A DNA stretch of 62,674 nucleotides, counting the filler, from Vannella sp. (lineage: Eukaryota): NCBI GenBank assembly GCA_023345925.1. It is 5 parts of 5 records of this genome, joined end to end, with 100 filler letters (N's around TTAATTAATTAA, not from the genome) between each part and the next. Parts side by side here need not be neighbours in the genome. Positions count along the whole stretch, not along the records: positions 20,554 to 45,239 come from JAJQQN010001404.1; positions 45,340 to 54,829 come from JAJQQN010000957.1; 3 more parts are not named here. One strand, 5' to 3'. The notes beneath the pieces were generated by a model that was not told the origin of the DNA, made no database searches, and saw only the letters and a program-made list of their open reading frames with translations. Positions 34,101 through 46,223 of the stretch are shown one piece after another. The translations under genes and the position numbers were made by a program. The first letter of the stretch is position 1, and the number at the start of each line of letters is the position of its first letter.

Positions 34101-37100
34101 CCACCCATTCTCAATCTTCTCTTCCGCATTCTGAGCGGAGGAGGAAGTTCGGCACTCAACTCTCAAACAGTACTTTGCATAATGGCTGTGATAACGAAGT
34201 GAGTTTCGGTTGGTTTCGTTGGCTGACAGCCTCTAACATTTTTACAGGGTGACTCAGGACTCAGGGGAGAAGAGCAAGTGCAATTCGATGCTTTTAGGCT
34301 ATGTTCGGTTCTTATTTGACCCAGCACTTGCCCCATATAGTGCTCATGACGCTCTTGTCACACAGTGGGCCAAATTCATCAGCAAGAAGCGTCCGGAGGT
34401 CACAGACTTGAAGCAAGGGGAGATTTGGGTGCTTCTGAATATGGTGTTGAAGTCATCAACACTTATGTTGTGCTCAAAAGGGCCTCCCCAAGCTGACGCA
34501 AGGCTAGCCATGTTCACCTCTGCGTATGTTCGCGGACTGCAGCAACTTGTTCTTGCTCTCTTTTGCGAAAGCGAAGAGATACGCGATATGGACGTTTTAA
34601 CCATGGTTCCACTCTTTATGAAGGACCTGCTTGGTCTGGTAGACCGCGGAGTCGTCTTCGAAATGATCTTTGGTTATATCACCTGGTTAAACAGCAAGAG
34701 CGAAGGAGAGGACTTGTTCCTTGCCACGGTCAAGTTCACCTTCATCAAGATTATCACGAATTACCAATATTACATTCCTTTAAGTATGCCAGTCGAAGTT
34801 ACGATCCCAGCTGGCCAGACTGGAGAGAAAATTCATCAATTATGGATTCACCAACACTTTTTCGTGGGTCTGGTTCTTCAAGAAGTCCGAGCCGGTCTTC
34901 TGAAAAAGCAGCGGATCAGAGAGCAAGCCATTCAACTGCTCAAGGATCTCCTTCATTCTCATGACATGGATGAACGCTTGAGTGAACCAGAAGCCAAAGC
35001 AAGAGTAATTGCCTTATATTTCCCATTTGTGATCACCGTTGTTGAGTTCCACGGCTATTTAGAAGACAAATTGGACTTATCAGAGAAGAACAATTGGCTT
35101 CTTTGTTTCTTCTACATTATTGAGAACTGCCCTCGCTCCTTATTGCACCAGTGGTGGTCATCATCTGGACCAGAGCGGAATAGTAGCTTCCTTATTGTAC
35201 TTGAGATAGCAACTGTTGTATTCCGAAAAGATCGCTCATTGTATGATGCATTCTGCTTTATCGTAGTGGACATGATTCTCGACTATATTACCCGTTTTCA
35301 AACTCAATTACAAGAGCCGGACAACATGGAGCTACCTCAGGTCTTCAGAGTTCTTCAACGCCTTCAATACAACCAAAATGTGGGATTCGTGGTGGCCTTC
35401 TACAATCTACTCGCAGCCATCTCAAACCAATTCTCACGAGTTATCTTCAAGTAAGTTTGAGTAACTTTGATGAAAACCCAGTTCTTGGGACTCACCTAAC
35501 TGATAGTGACGAGGATTCTTACTTTTGTGAGAGTTTGACGTATCAAGTTCTATTCCATTGCAACTCCAACAAGCTATCGGTCCGAAACAAGGCTTGCAGT
35601 CTGTTCTATTACCTGTTACGAAAGAACTTTGAAGAAGTTGGTGATGTAGAACGCATGAAGCTGCAATCCACAATCTGTTTGTGCAAGTTGTTGTCCTGTG
35701 AGGAGAAGTTAAAAGAGTACACTAACTTGCGGCGGTCGTTGGAGACTATTGGCTCCTACACTGCTGCCAGTGTTGACACAGAGCAATTGAAAGATTTGAT
35801 ATTCTCTGCAGTAGAGCAAGTCTCAAGGCTTTTAAGATACAACGAACAGCTCGTTGAGAACGATAAGAATCCCCAGCTGATGGCCGAGCTTTTTTTGAAG
35901 ATTGCAGAAAGCTACATTACAACTCCCAGTCTCTTTATTACTTGGCTAGAGGCTCTTGCTTCACATCACTCCAATGTAAGCTCACTCATTACTAATTCGT
36001 ATCTTAGTCTAACAACCCTTCTAGTGTGAAGCCTGGACAGAAGCAGCTCTTGTTCAGACTCAGCTGGCTTGTGTGAAGGTCGAATACTTTTTCCGAATGC
36101 ACAGTGGCTTTCCTGTTGATTTCTTTGCCTTCAAGAGTATCTTTCCGGCATGCAAACTGGATTGCATCTCTCCAGATATTGATTTTGCGGAAGAAGAATT
36201 CTCTTCATGCTCATTGGAGAGCATTATTGAGCACATGAACGCTGCTATTCATTCATTCACCCAGGCAATGTTATACGAGCATGCTCTCGCACTCTACTCG
36301 ATGCTTATCCAAATCTATACGTTCCACCAGATGCTCGGAGACTTATTAGAGTGTTACAAGAAGAGCCAGGCTCTTACAGAAACTCTAATTGCTGCCAATC
36401 AAGAAACTCGCCTTACCCCCACATACTTCCGGGTAGCATTCTTTGGAACTCCATTGCGTGAAGAGGATGGTCAAGAGTACATTTATCGAATGGAAGCGAA
36501 GGAGAACTTAATGACGGTCCAAAAGTACTTCAAGGAGATCCTTCAAAAGACTTTTAATGTTGCTGACGAGGAGGATATCGAAGTTCTTGGCAATAAGAGT
36601 ATAGAACGGAGCGCATTAGAGCCAGGCCATCTTTACCTGCAAGTTGCAAAAGTTTCTCCTTTTCATGAAGAGAAAGAAACTTCTTTGACATCCTTCCAGA
36701 CCCATTTTGCGATTGGTAAGTGAATAAGCAGAAACAACTCATCCAAGAGACTGACTCAAAGCAGATCGATTCCTTTTCGAATCTTCGTTTGGGAAGGGAG
36801 ACGAACAGTGCAAAAAGAGGACGATATTCCAGGTTCGACACTGCTTCCCTTATATGAACGGCCGACTCCCCGTTGTGTCAAAAGAAGAGGTATGAGGTGG
36901 CGACCCTGTATCCACAGTGTTCTAACTTGCGAAAAGATTATTCTGTCTCCTTTAGAAAGTGCATTGGATTTGATTAAGGAGCGGATCATTCGATTCAAGG
37001 CAGAATTAAGTGTTGGATCACACGCTAATGTCCGCATTAATCAATTACAGCAGCTTTTACAAGGATCAGTAGCTCCCAGTAAGTCTCACTTGTTATTCCT

Positions 37101-37395
37101 GCTGTTTTGGTCAAACTGACTTGCTGTAGTGGTGCATGAAGGGCCTATTAAGATATGTGAAACCTATTTGGCTCCAGACCAGCGAGGATTGTATCCTGCA
37201 GACCAAGTCCTCCTTCTTGAAGCTGCGATGACCGAGTTCATCAAGCTTTGCGGATTTGCAGTGAAGATGGCCAACCAAGTTATCGAGCTGCGGCATCTAA
37301 CAGAGTACACTCAATTTCAAGAAATGATAGAACAACACTACAATGTGATGCGGGAGACTATGCGTCGGTACTTCACTACAAATGCCTCTTTCTGA
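31116..37395 (+). CDS. DOCK-family Rho GEF (zizimin/DOCK-C/D type) with DHR-1 C2 and DHR-2; many exons
   Basis: EEPLYLSATVYD..RLSETFYF; DHR-1 YVNNLYVQP..FSEEIKMQLPGVLTEKHHLLFT; DHR-2 TYFRVAFFG..EYIYR and LQQLLQGSVAP|MVHEGPIKICETYL. Confidence 0.9.
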
Positions 37396-37539
37396 ATGTA
37401 AAACAATAAGAGAGATATTGAACACTCTTAGGCCTCTTTCGAGGAAGGTTAATACTTCGTCGAACAAACGAACTGTGGGCGAGAGTATCATTATTGCTTA
37501 GTTTATTGAGAGCATGGGAATGTGGAAACTTGATTCCCC

Positions 37540-40500
37540 TCAAAGAATTTCGTAATTCCCGTCCCCGTCAGGCAAGGAACGGTCGCGAAGTGTTTTGCTT
37601 TCTGGGAGATGCGCTAATGCACACAGAAGTAGCGAACGCATTTCTCCTGCATTTTGGGCTTCCTCCAAGTCAAGAAGAAGCTTCCAGGCGAGCGAGTAAG
37701 TCGGGCAGAGTTGCAAAGAGCGAGTGAAACCGCGGCGGGCTTGATTGAATAGTCGCTGGCGGACATGACTTTGAGCACGTTGAGTGTGCAAAATGAAGTT
37801 TCGGGGGTATTTCTGCAAGAAGAGATCGAGGACAAGTTGTTTGCTACTTACGTTCGACATTCCTTCAAGAACGATTCCCACAGTTTGATTGAGGAAGCTG
37901 TAATCCTCTGCTGCAGGGGGAATGAAGAGATTTCGGATTATCCTGTCTTGCAGAAGCTCTGGAAGGACTTCTGCCTTCAAGGGCGAATCAACATCGGGTC
38001 CAAAATGTGTAAAAATTCGTTCCAGAAGAGAAAATAGCTTCGCTCTTGATGCCTTTTGAGAGATGTGCCACCTCAAGTATCTGCCGATAAAGTTAGTTCC
38101 AACGCCAAGGTCAAGTTAGCAACATACTCGAGAAAACACTTCTTTCTTTGGAAAGAAGGGAGAGGGGCAAGGAGAGCTCGTTCAAAAACTTTGGCTGGGG
38201 ATTTACCAAGGAGAGACAGCAGAAGGCAATAGTTCAACCAGACATAGACATCTTTCCTAGCATCTCCATCAAGTAGTTTAGGATAGTCTACGTGAGCCTC
38301 GGCCACCTCACTTGGAGGGACTCCAACACTACAATCCATTATTGGACTCTCTACTGGCCTTGAAGCCTGCACCAAAGCGGCTAAAGCTGCATCAGGACTC
38401 CCACGAGAGAGGAGGAAACAAGCATAATCATGCCACAGTCTATGTGGGCGTCCATGGTGTTGCAGTTGGGCCTCATAAGCGGCAGAAACTTTGTCAGGGT
38501 ACTCTGTCTTCATCAACTTCAACCATATATGAGAAACCTCCAGTGATTGAGGGAATCGCTCCCGATGAAGACTACACAATAGCTCAGAAGCCTCTAGTGC
38601 TCCTGTGCTTGACAAAAGAGACGAATAATTCGTCAGGACGGCGATAAATGACTTTGATGGCTCTTCCACAGGGTATTGAAGATATCTGTCAAAGACTTCA
38701 CATGCTGTGCGGACTCCTCCAGCGGGCAAATCTCTCTCAGAGACTTGGTCCCAAGCAATAATGATTGGCTTTCGGTATTGGGTAAAGTCTGGTTGAGACA
38801 AAGCCAACTGCTGGAAAACAGTGAGATGTGCCAAATGAATAGCAAAGATACCTTTGTCTTCGACAGTGAGCATCTCCCTTACTCCATTCAGGAGCCTTTC
38901 GTGTAAAAAGTCTTTGGCTCCTTCGTGAGGGTACGTGTTTGCTTCCCTCCCCATTGTGAAACGGAGCATCCTTTGGATGACAAAAGCGCTTAGCCCTTCC
39001 TCGCATAGTAAGTAGGCTTGCGTTAGGATGAAATTGAGAAGGTCTGCTGACAACCCTTCTGGTGAAACAGTTCGTTTGGAGGATGCAGGATATCCGAGAT
39101 ACTGCTCGACCGCAGCAGTGACCGATTCGAGCTTGAGAGTAAGAGATGGCATCTGAGTCCAGCGGGTGTGCCAGATGGAATAAAAGAAAGGTACATAATC
39201 AGTTGACTGGCGTAGCACTCCTAAAAGGCTATCTGAAGCTGAGGTGCTCTGAGTCCGAGAGAACATTTCGAGATAAAGCCTCCACAGATCAAGAGAGCCT
39301 GGATTGACCTCAAGTGCCTGCACAAAGGTACACATCGCCCCATAATAGTATTTGTGGCTTTGGAACCCCGGTCCCCGCTTGGGAAATCCTGAAGGAAGCT
39401 TCTGTAAAGCGCTTTGAACCCACAAAGTGATCTTCTGAGGATTCAATCGGAGAGATTGCTCAAATTCAGTAGCTGTCATACTGTAGTAACGTTGGTCAGA
39501 AGGCATCTGGCTTGGTGAATCGTTTTTGCTGGAAGAATCATACAAGGGAATGATATCGTCCAAAAAGAGACTTGCTTTGGGCTCACAGAACTGGATCGTC
39601 TCAACTTGAGCAACCCCCTTGCTTTGACTACCTCCATGAGTTAGACCTAAAAGAGCCATTGAAGATATTGGGGGCGGTGTTTTGGGCGAAGGCACAGAAA
39701 CGCGACGATGATCCAATGCAATAAAGTGGCTGCCTTTGCCGATGGCGCGGTTCAGTGCCTGGACAAAGTTACAGACCAAAGATTCTGTTGGAACTTTGCC
39801 CACTTGCATTCTTATTACCCTGAGGAGCTCCAGAATAGAGGGCGGGAAGACAGCACCCTGGCTCCCTGTCCTCATCTTGGCATAAGAGACGCACAACTCA
39901 AAAAGCTCCCCTGGAGAGCGGGCACACTCTCTGAAGTGAGAGAAAGTGCAAGAATCATCGTTGCAAGTTCCTGTCAGATCAAAGCGACATACAACGTTGC
40001 TTGGTTCAATGTCATACAAGAGCTCTGGCCCTGCAATTGACTTGCCTTGGGTAGCAAAGTGTTGGCTCAAGCGATAACTCCGGAAAGCCAAGAGAGGACT
40101 CACATACTTGCGATTAATGGTACCTGCCACATTTGAAGAAGCGGATTTCGTGTCTACAGACACTTGGGCGACGGGAGAGAGTGTGAGGAAGCCACTTGCT
40201 CTCAAATTATAGGAAGAGATTGAACAGACAGGCGAAGGCAACAAATGCAATTGATCAGTCGGTTGCTGACTAGCTGCTGCGCGTTTTTGCCTTCTTTGTC
40301 TCGCTGTGACAGCTGGAAGCTTGGTAATTTGCTCCTTGAGTTTCTGATTATGCTTCTCCCACTTTTCAATCTCCATTGCCAATATCTCACGAGTTGGAGC
40401 GTTGGGAGCGGGAATCGACTCGTCACTGACTTCAATAATAAGAGGAGCTGGCATTGGATTTGGTAGCTTTCCCTGTGCCACTTTGCTTTTGGGCTCCGAT

Positions 40501-42815
40501 ATAGGGGCTGCAGTAGCCTGCAGCGACACTTCTTCTTCCAAGTTAGAATCTTCAGCTATAGATTCATTTCCCTCTGACGCTTGCCCATTGTTTGATTCAC
40601 TAGAACTCTCAGTGGAGCTGTCTTGGTCGTTTGGGACTAACTCTGATGGAACTGGAGGGTCCTCGTCGTCTGAACTCAATTCCATTATGCTCGCATTCCT
40701 CCTGTCCTCTTCTGAAGAGCTTCCTTGGTCATTTGGCTCCGAACGCGGAGGAGGCAAAGATTCCTCCTCTTCCGAACTAGTGTCTATGATGCTCACGATC
40801 TCCCTTGAGTTCTCTTGCACGCTGCTCTCTTCGATTGATTCTTCTTCGTCTTTCTGTTCTGGGTTCTCATCATTACCTCTTTGAAGGCCTTCGTCGCAAT
40901 CCTTGCTCTTGACTTCGCTCATTTCAACGTCAAAAGGAGTTTCCTCTAAAGGTACCGCTAATGCAACTGTAGGCGCCACAAAGGGTCCCCATTGAAGAAC
41001 CTCAGTTGGTTCCTGGGTAGCTGGAGAGGGGGAGACTCTTGATTGTAACTGAGTTGGAGTTGCGGTTCTCACAGGGCTCATAGAAATCGTGTCAACTTCT
41101 GTAAGTGCCGTGGGTTGCTGACGAAACCCCAACGAGGTTTCTGAAGGGGACCCAGTCAAATTGACCGAAAGATTTCGGGAACGAAAGGACAAACGAGGTG
41201 AGGTCACTTGGGTGGCTGAAAAACGCTCCTCGATTTGTATCTCTGCAAAGGCAATACGCTCTTGCTCTAGGAAGCTTCGTTGCTCTTGGTACTCTTCCTC
41301 TTGCTCTGGTAACTTCTGACGAAGAATTGCCAATTTCTCCTCGGCTGCTTTCTTAGCAAGCTCACTCGAATCCTTTTGTTTTGTTAAAAAGTCAAGTTTC
41401 TCGTGTAAAAGGCTCATTCGAGACGAACAGGCGAATAGTTTTGTCTCTAAGTCTGAGATCGACTCCATAAGCTCATTCACCTCCTCGTGGGACTTATTCA
41501 GAACTGCCTTCCTCTCGACAACATCTTTGGATCGCTTTTGGATACGCTCTTCAAGTTCACCAAGTTTTGAGACGTCAACATCGATTTTGAGTTGTTTGAT
41601 CACTCGCAGTTCACTTTCCTGTGAATTGTCACTTCTTGGCCGTTTGGCAAGCAAACTGAGATTCTCTGGAGAAGCCAAAACAGCTTCCTGTTGCCTCTCT
41701 GTTTCTTCAATGAGGCGTTGCAAACGAGAGATTTCTTCCCGCTTCTGCTGAAGATCCTTTTGAGTGTCTTCTGGTTGCGGAGTGACTGACTTGGTTTGTT
41801 GACTCCCTTGCGAAAGGTCCTCTTCGTCTCCCTCTGAGTCCTCTGTGACCTCATTCATATCAATCACTAGACTGGCATGCGATTGGAAGTTGCGAGTAGG
41901 AGTAGGGGTGTACTCTGGCTCATAGGAGTAAGCTTGGTCATAACGGGAAGGGTAGTAGCCATCATAATAACCCCCGTAGTTGCCCCGTCCTCTCCCACGG
42001 CCTCGTCCTGAACCGCGAATTGTGCTTCCCTCAGACCCATAGCTTGGGTAGTATCCACTGTTGTAATAGTCTCTGCGATATGAACTGGAAGCATTCCCTC
42101 CTCGGCCTGGACGATGCTCGTACTCATTCCTGGGTTGGTATTCTCTCTGATTGCTCATGCGGAGACCATCTACGGGTCTCTTCTCTCCTCTTAGAGGAGT
42201 GACGAAAGCCTGACCTTCACCTGATCTGCTCAAAGGATCGTTTCTTCCCATTTCCTTTGGTTGGGGGACAGGTGCAGTGACATGAGCTACTCCAGTCGAA
42301 GTACTGTCAGGAGGAGAAGACGGTGAGTCAATGGGATCAATGACCATGTCCTCCTCTGTCAGGTCCACCTCAAGGTTGTGTCCTCTCTCCTCAATAGCGC
42401 CATCCTCAGAGGGTGGAGATTCATCCTTAGAAGGGAGATTTGATGCTTGTCCAAGGACAGTGGGCGTAGACGTATTGTAGCGCTCCAGAAGGGCCTGGAA
42501 GGACATCGTCGCGGTCGATTCCGCTTGTTTCGTCTTCTGTCGAAGGAGCCGCGCCTTCTGCTTCTTAGCTCGTCGCGCACGCAACTTCGCTTTCTTTGAT
42601 AAAGGCTTTGCTGGAGCCGTCTGAGAACCCAGCGGAGAGTCCGTGTCGCTCTCCTCGTCCTTCTCCATCTCCACTTCCTTCCCCTTCTCTTCCGGCGCAC
42701 GGACAGAAGCTCTCACCTGCTGTAAAAGCTCTCTCAAGTCATCAGCATCATCCGCTTGCTCCACCAGTCCTCCCTGAGCCTCCTCGGACGAGCCCGAAGT
42801 GTCGTCGTCCTCCAT
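37540..42815 (-). CDS. ZFC3H1: ZFC3H1/Red1-like zinc-finger protein (PAXT/MTREC exosome adaptor); 2 exons
   Basis: YVSPLLAFRSYRLS followed by the C3H1 finger CRFDLTGTCNDDSCTFSH; upstream coiled coil and RGG region; HAT/TPR-like C-terminus (ALEVNPGSLDLWRLYLEMF). Confidence 0.82.
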
Positions 42816-42873
42816 CCCTGGTCAAAGGCAAATGGCTCCACAGACTCCCTGCTTCATTGGTACGTGAACAGGG

Positions 42874-43845
42874 ATGGAAGGAGTCGAAGAAGCGAGCTTT
42901 GGGATGGTGGAGAGCGAGGAGTTGCAGTTCCAGCTTCCAGAAGGCGTCAGTGTGGCTGGTAAGTGCTGGGGCGATGAAAGAGCAACGATCAATGTGTTGG
43001 CGATGCACGGTTACCTCGACAGCGCTGCCACGTTTGACCGCTTGGCGCCTCAGCTTGTTCATTACTCCCACTTTGCCATCCGCGTCGTTGCCTTTGACTT
43101 CTCTGGGCAAGGGAAGTCCTCTCATCGAGCAGATCCTACCAACTACTTCACTGCCTGGGTTGCTGAAGGTCCGCAGCTCTTCCTCTCATCCGTTCTCTCA
43201 CCTTCTAACCTTTTGGCAGCTCTCACTGTGGCTGACGCCATGGGATGGGCCACCTTTTGTATCATGGCTCATAGTATGGCCACAAGCATTGCTGTGATCA
43301 CTGCAGGAGCCCTCCCAGGACGTGTAGAGAAGATGATCTTGCTGGACCACATCGGACCCACCAGTATTCCCCCTGAGAAGACGCCTAGCTACCTCGAACA
43401 GGCTCTTCAACAGAGACTCAATGTCTTACAACGTCAGTCGAAGACCTACCCGGACATAGAGAGCCTGGTGGAGCGAATGAGGAACTCAGACGCGCAACTC
43501 TCTGACGCAAGCGTACGTATCCTCATGACTCGTACGGTACAACGCGTAGCCGATGGTGTCAAGTTTAGCCATGATCCCCGGCTCCGTGGAAGGGTAACGG
43601 CGGTGCCATACACAGAACCAGCAGTCCTTGAGTTCATCAAGCGCATTCAGCTGCCTGTGCTGCTCATCTGGGCTTCCCATCGGTGGTATCCTTTGGACCA
43701 AGAAAAGGTCATCAAACGTCAAGAGACCTTCCCCCAACTGACAGTCAAACAAGTGGAAGGAGGTCATCACGTTCATCTGGAGCAACCTGAGTTGGTCCGA
43801 CCGCACATTCTAGACTTCCTCCTTAATCAACAAGCTCGTTTGTAA
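42874..43845 (+). CDS. Alpha/beta hydrolase, SERHL/kraken-like; probable in-frame intron 43169-43219
   Basis: MHGYLDSAATFDRLAP, VAFDFSGQGKSSH, nucleophile AHSMA, FSHDPRL and GGHHVHLEQPE. Confidence 0.9.
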   Translation: MEGVEEASFGMVESEELQFQLPEGVSVAGKCWGDERATINVLAMHGYLDSAATFDRLAPQLVHYSHFAIRVVAFDFSGQGKSSHRADPTNYFTAWVAEGPQLFLSSVLSPSNLLAALTVADAMGWATFCIMAHSMATSIAVITAGALPGRVEKMILLDHIGPTSIPPEKTPSYLEQALQQRLNVLQRQSKTYPDIESLVERMRNSDAQLSDASVRILMTRTVQRVADGVKFSHDPRLRGRVTAVPYTEPAVLEFIKRIQLPVLLIWASHRWYPLDQEKVIKRQETFPQLTVKQVEGGHHVHLEQPELVRPHILDFLLNQQARL

Positions 43846-43940
43846 GGATAGAACCTCATTCAGAGCACTCCTCGCATCTCTGCCGCGAATAAGATAGTCG
43901 AGGAGAACTCTTGAAGTGCATGAGGGTTACCTTGTTCCTT

Positions 43941-44621
43941 TTAGTCATCCAATTGCTCTTCAAATGGGATAAAGGGAGCATCAAGAACGATCTGAATCCG
44001 CTCACGGCCCTGTGCGTCCTTGATCTTGTTCAGTTTGATGCGACTACCCGTGGAAGAGAGAACTCCATCACCGAACTTCTCGTTCAGGACAGCTTTGAGA
44101 GCCTCTCCATTGAATCTCATTGCTTCTACCATACGGTAGATGACGGGATCCTCCTGTGCTTCGTCATCGGTTGATCGGAAAGGGCAACGTTGCATGTCCT
44201 CCAACAGATCATCGGAGATCTCCCCTCCTTTGGCACAAAGGAGCTCCCTGAGTTGCTCAGCCTTCTGCTTGTCTTTGATAGGGGCCTGAAGTAGCAGGAT
44301 CTGTGCCACATAGACGTTCGTGTAGCTGCTTTAAGGTAAAGATCTCATTCCTGCAATGGAGAAGGGGTTCTCTTACCCCAGCTTCTGTGCAATGGTATCA
44401 AAGGAGAGTCCTGAAGCATCCTTCATCGTTAAGAGTTGAAGAACAACCTCTCTCTTCTCGTCATAAGATCGGATGCAACTCAAACCACGTGCCACAGGGA
44501 TCCTGGACTTGAGAGAAACATTCTTCTCTGCAACACTATCTCCATTCGCCCGAAAACTGACGACAGGAGCCACTCTTCGTCCCATCTGCCTTCCAAACCC
44601 AAAACCAGCCCGCCCAAGCAT
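43941..44621 (-). CDS. cynS: Cyanase (cyanate hydratase) with N-terminal presequence; 2 exons
   Basis: Intron 44326-44376 gives KDASGLSFDTIAQKLG|YTNVYVAQILLLQA..PFRS..EDPVIYRMVEAMRFNGEALKAVLNEKFGDGVLS, i.e. HTH plus the cyanase catalytic domain. Confidence 0.88.
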
Positions 44622-44703
44622 CCTCTCCCTCCTTCTCAATAAAATGTGAAACAAATGACGGCTCAGCTCAGTTTCGCAAAGATTTGCAGTTCATCAGGTT
44701 TTG

Positions 44704-44797
44704 AGCCAATCAGAACTCTGCGTTCATCCCTTTCTTCTTTTGGACTTGGCAAGCCAATCAGAATTCTGCGTTGGTCTATTTACTTCTTTTGGACTTG
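44704..44797 (+). promoter_or_regulatory. Tandem 48-bp duplication, each copy with a CCAAT box (AGCCAATCAGAA), in the divergent cynS/LRR promoter
   Basis: agccaatcagaaYtctgcgtt..cttcttttggacttg occurs at 44704 and 44752. Confidence 0.65.
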
Positions 44798-44839
44798 CCC
44801 AGAAAGCAGGGTTTCCTGTTGAGGTACTTTCTCTCTGTC

Positions 44840-45239
44840 ATGCTGAACTGGCTGCTCGGTCTTGGCTTTCTTCTCTCTGTAGCTTGTGTTCTTCAGCCAG
44901 CCCAGAAGACCTCTCTGGTCAACCTTTACATCGCCACCGAAGGCCCTACCGCATGGTTTATGAGAAACAACTGGAATAATAATGGAGACCCTTGCGCGCC
45001 AAAGTGGTTTGGAGTTGTATGTGACGGCTCGGGTACGAATGTGGTTTCTCTTGTGTTAGATCAAAACGATTTGGCTGGTACTCTCCCGGATCTGTTCCTT
45101 CCAGAACTTGTCACTTTGTAGGAAGCTCTTTGTTGTAACCAAAGGACATTCACTTATTCTTTCCAGGCAGTTATCTACCAACGCAATCAGTGGAACTATC
45201 CCAGAATGGCCCAATCTGAAGAAACTGGTCAACATGTGA
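44840..45239 (+). CDS. Secreted or receptor-type LRR protein with plant-type LRRNT cap (3'-truncated)
   Basis: Signal peptide MLNWLLGLGFLLSVAC; cap LVNLYIATEGPTAWFMRNNWNNNGDPCAPKWFGVVC; LRRs LVLDQNDLAGTLP and LQLSTNAISGTIP. Confidence 0.85.
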
Positions 45240-45339
45240 NNNNNNNNNNNNNNNNNNNNNNNNNNNNNNNNNNNNNNNNNNNNTTAATTAATTAANNNNN
45301 NNNNNNNNNNNNNNNNNNNNNNNNNNNNNNNNNNNNNNN
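45240..45339. other. Artificial contig spacer
   Basis: N-TTAATTAATTAA-N linker. Confidence 0.98.
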
Positions 45340-45975
45340 ATTGTTGATAGAGCTTGGGAAGATAGGTGCCAGTCATTTGATCTCGCATAAGTAAGGGTCT
45401 GCCAAGACGGTTGAATATTCGTTGAAGAAAAGCGTCCTCCGTCGTGGTCAGAGGAAGCTTCGCGTGGCATATCCTCCATCAAGTCTAGATGAAGCTCCTC
45501 TTTCGAGTACTCGTCGGTTTGGGCGAAATCAAGCCATCACTGATCAACACATGCCTGTGCCTTCGCTCCAGGTGTCGAGCCACGTTGTGGCTGAACAGCT
45601 TCTTCGTCTTAGGCCAGGAAAGCTTGCGTATCTCCTCCACCTCAGGATTCAATCGTCAAAGTCTGCACTCGTACCTCTCATTAGTCTCCTCTCCTCACCG
45701 GTCATTTGAGGCTGATTTGAGATACCCTCGACGTTCCTCTCGTGCTGCAAAGGCTCAGCGATACCAATACTCCACCAATTCATGAGGAGGATGAAGAGAT
45801 GTCACCTCAAGCTCAAGGACAGAACGACAATGGCGCGCATGAGATGGAGCTTGATGATGACGTTGATGTCTGTGAAGAGGTCTCTGTCTCGGGGGGAGCG
45901 GACGAAGAAGAGGTAGCCAACATGCTCCTCTGTCTCCAGCATCCAGAGAAGCCTCTCATCCCTCCCAAGCGCTGA
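45340..45975 (+). CDS. Probable 3' end of an unidentified spliced gene with acidic C-terminus
   Basis: Terminal ORF ..EEDEEM..EMELDDDVDV..EEEVANMLLCL..PPKR* looks protein-like; upstream exons are not resolved. Confidence 0.35.
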
Positions 45976-46223
45976 TAGAAGAAGAGAATTGGTCCTCTTG
46001 CATTGCTGCCGTCACTCGAGCCGAGTCAGGAGGGAAGAAACTTGAAACTTGTTCATAATTGCGTTGTATGCATTTCCCAGATGTTATTTGTTGTACAGCC
46101 CCATATTAATAAATACTGTCCTTTAGTCTTCCTTTGTTCTTGGCGGGAAGGGCATTTCCCTTGCCTTGAGATCCAAGCGAAAAATCTAGTCTAGTTCCTC
46201 ATTCTTTGTTGGTAAGGAGAGGG

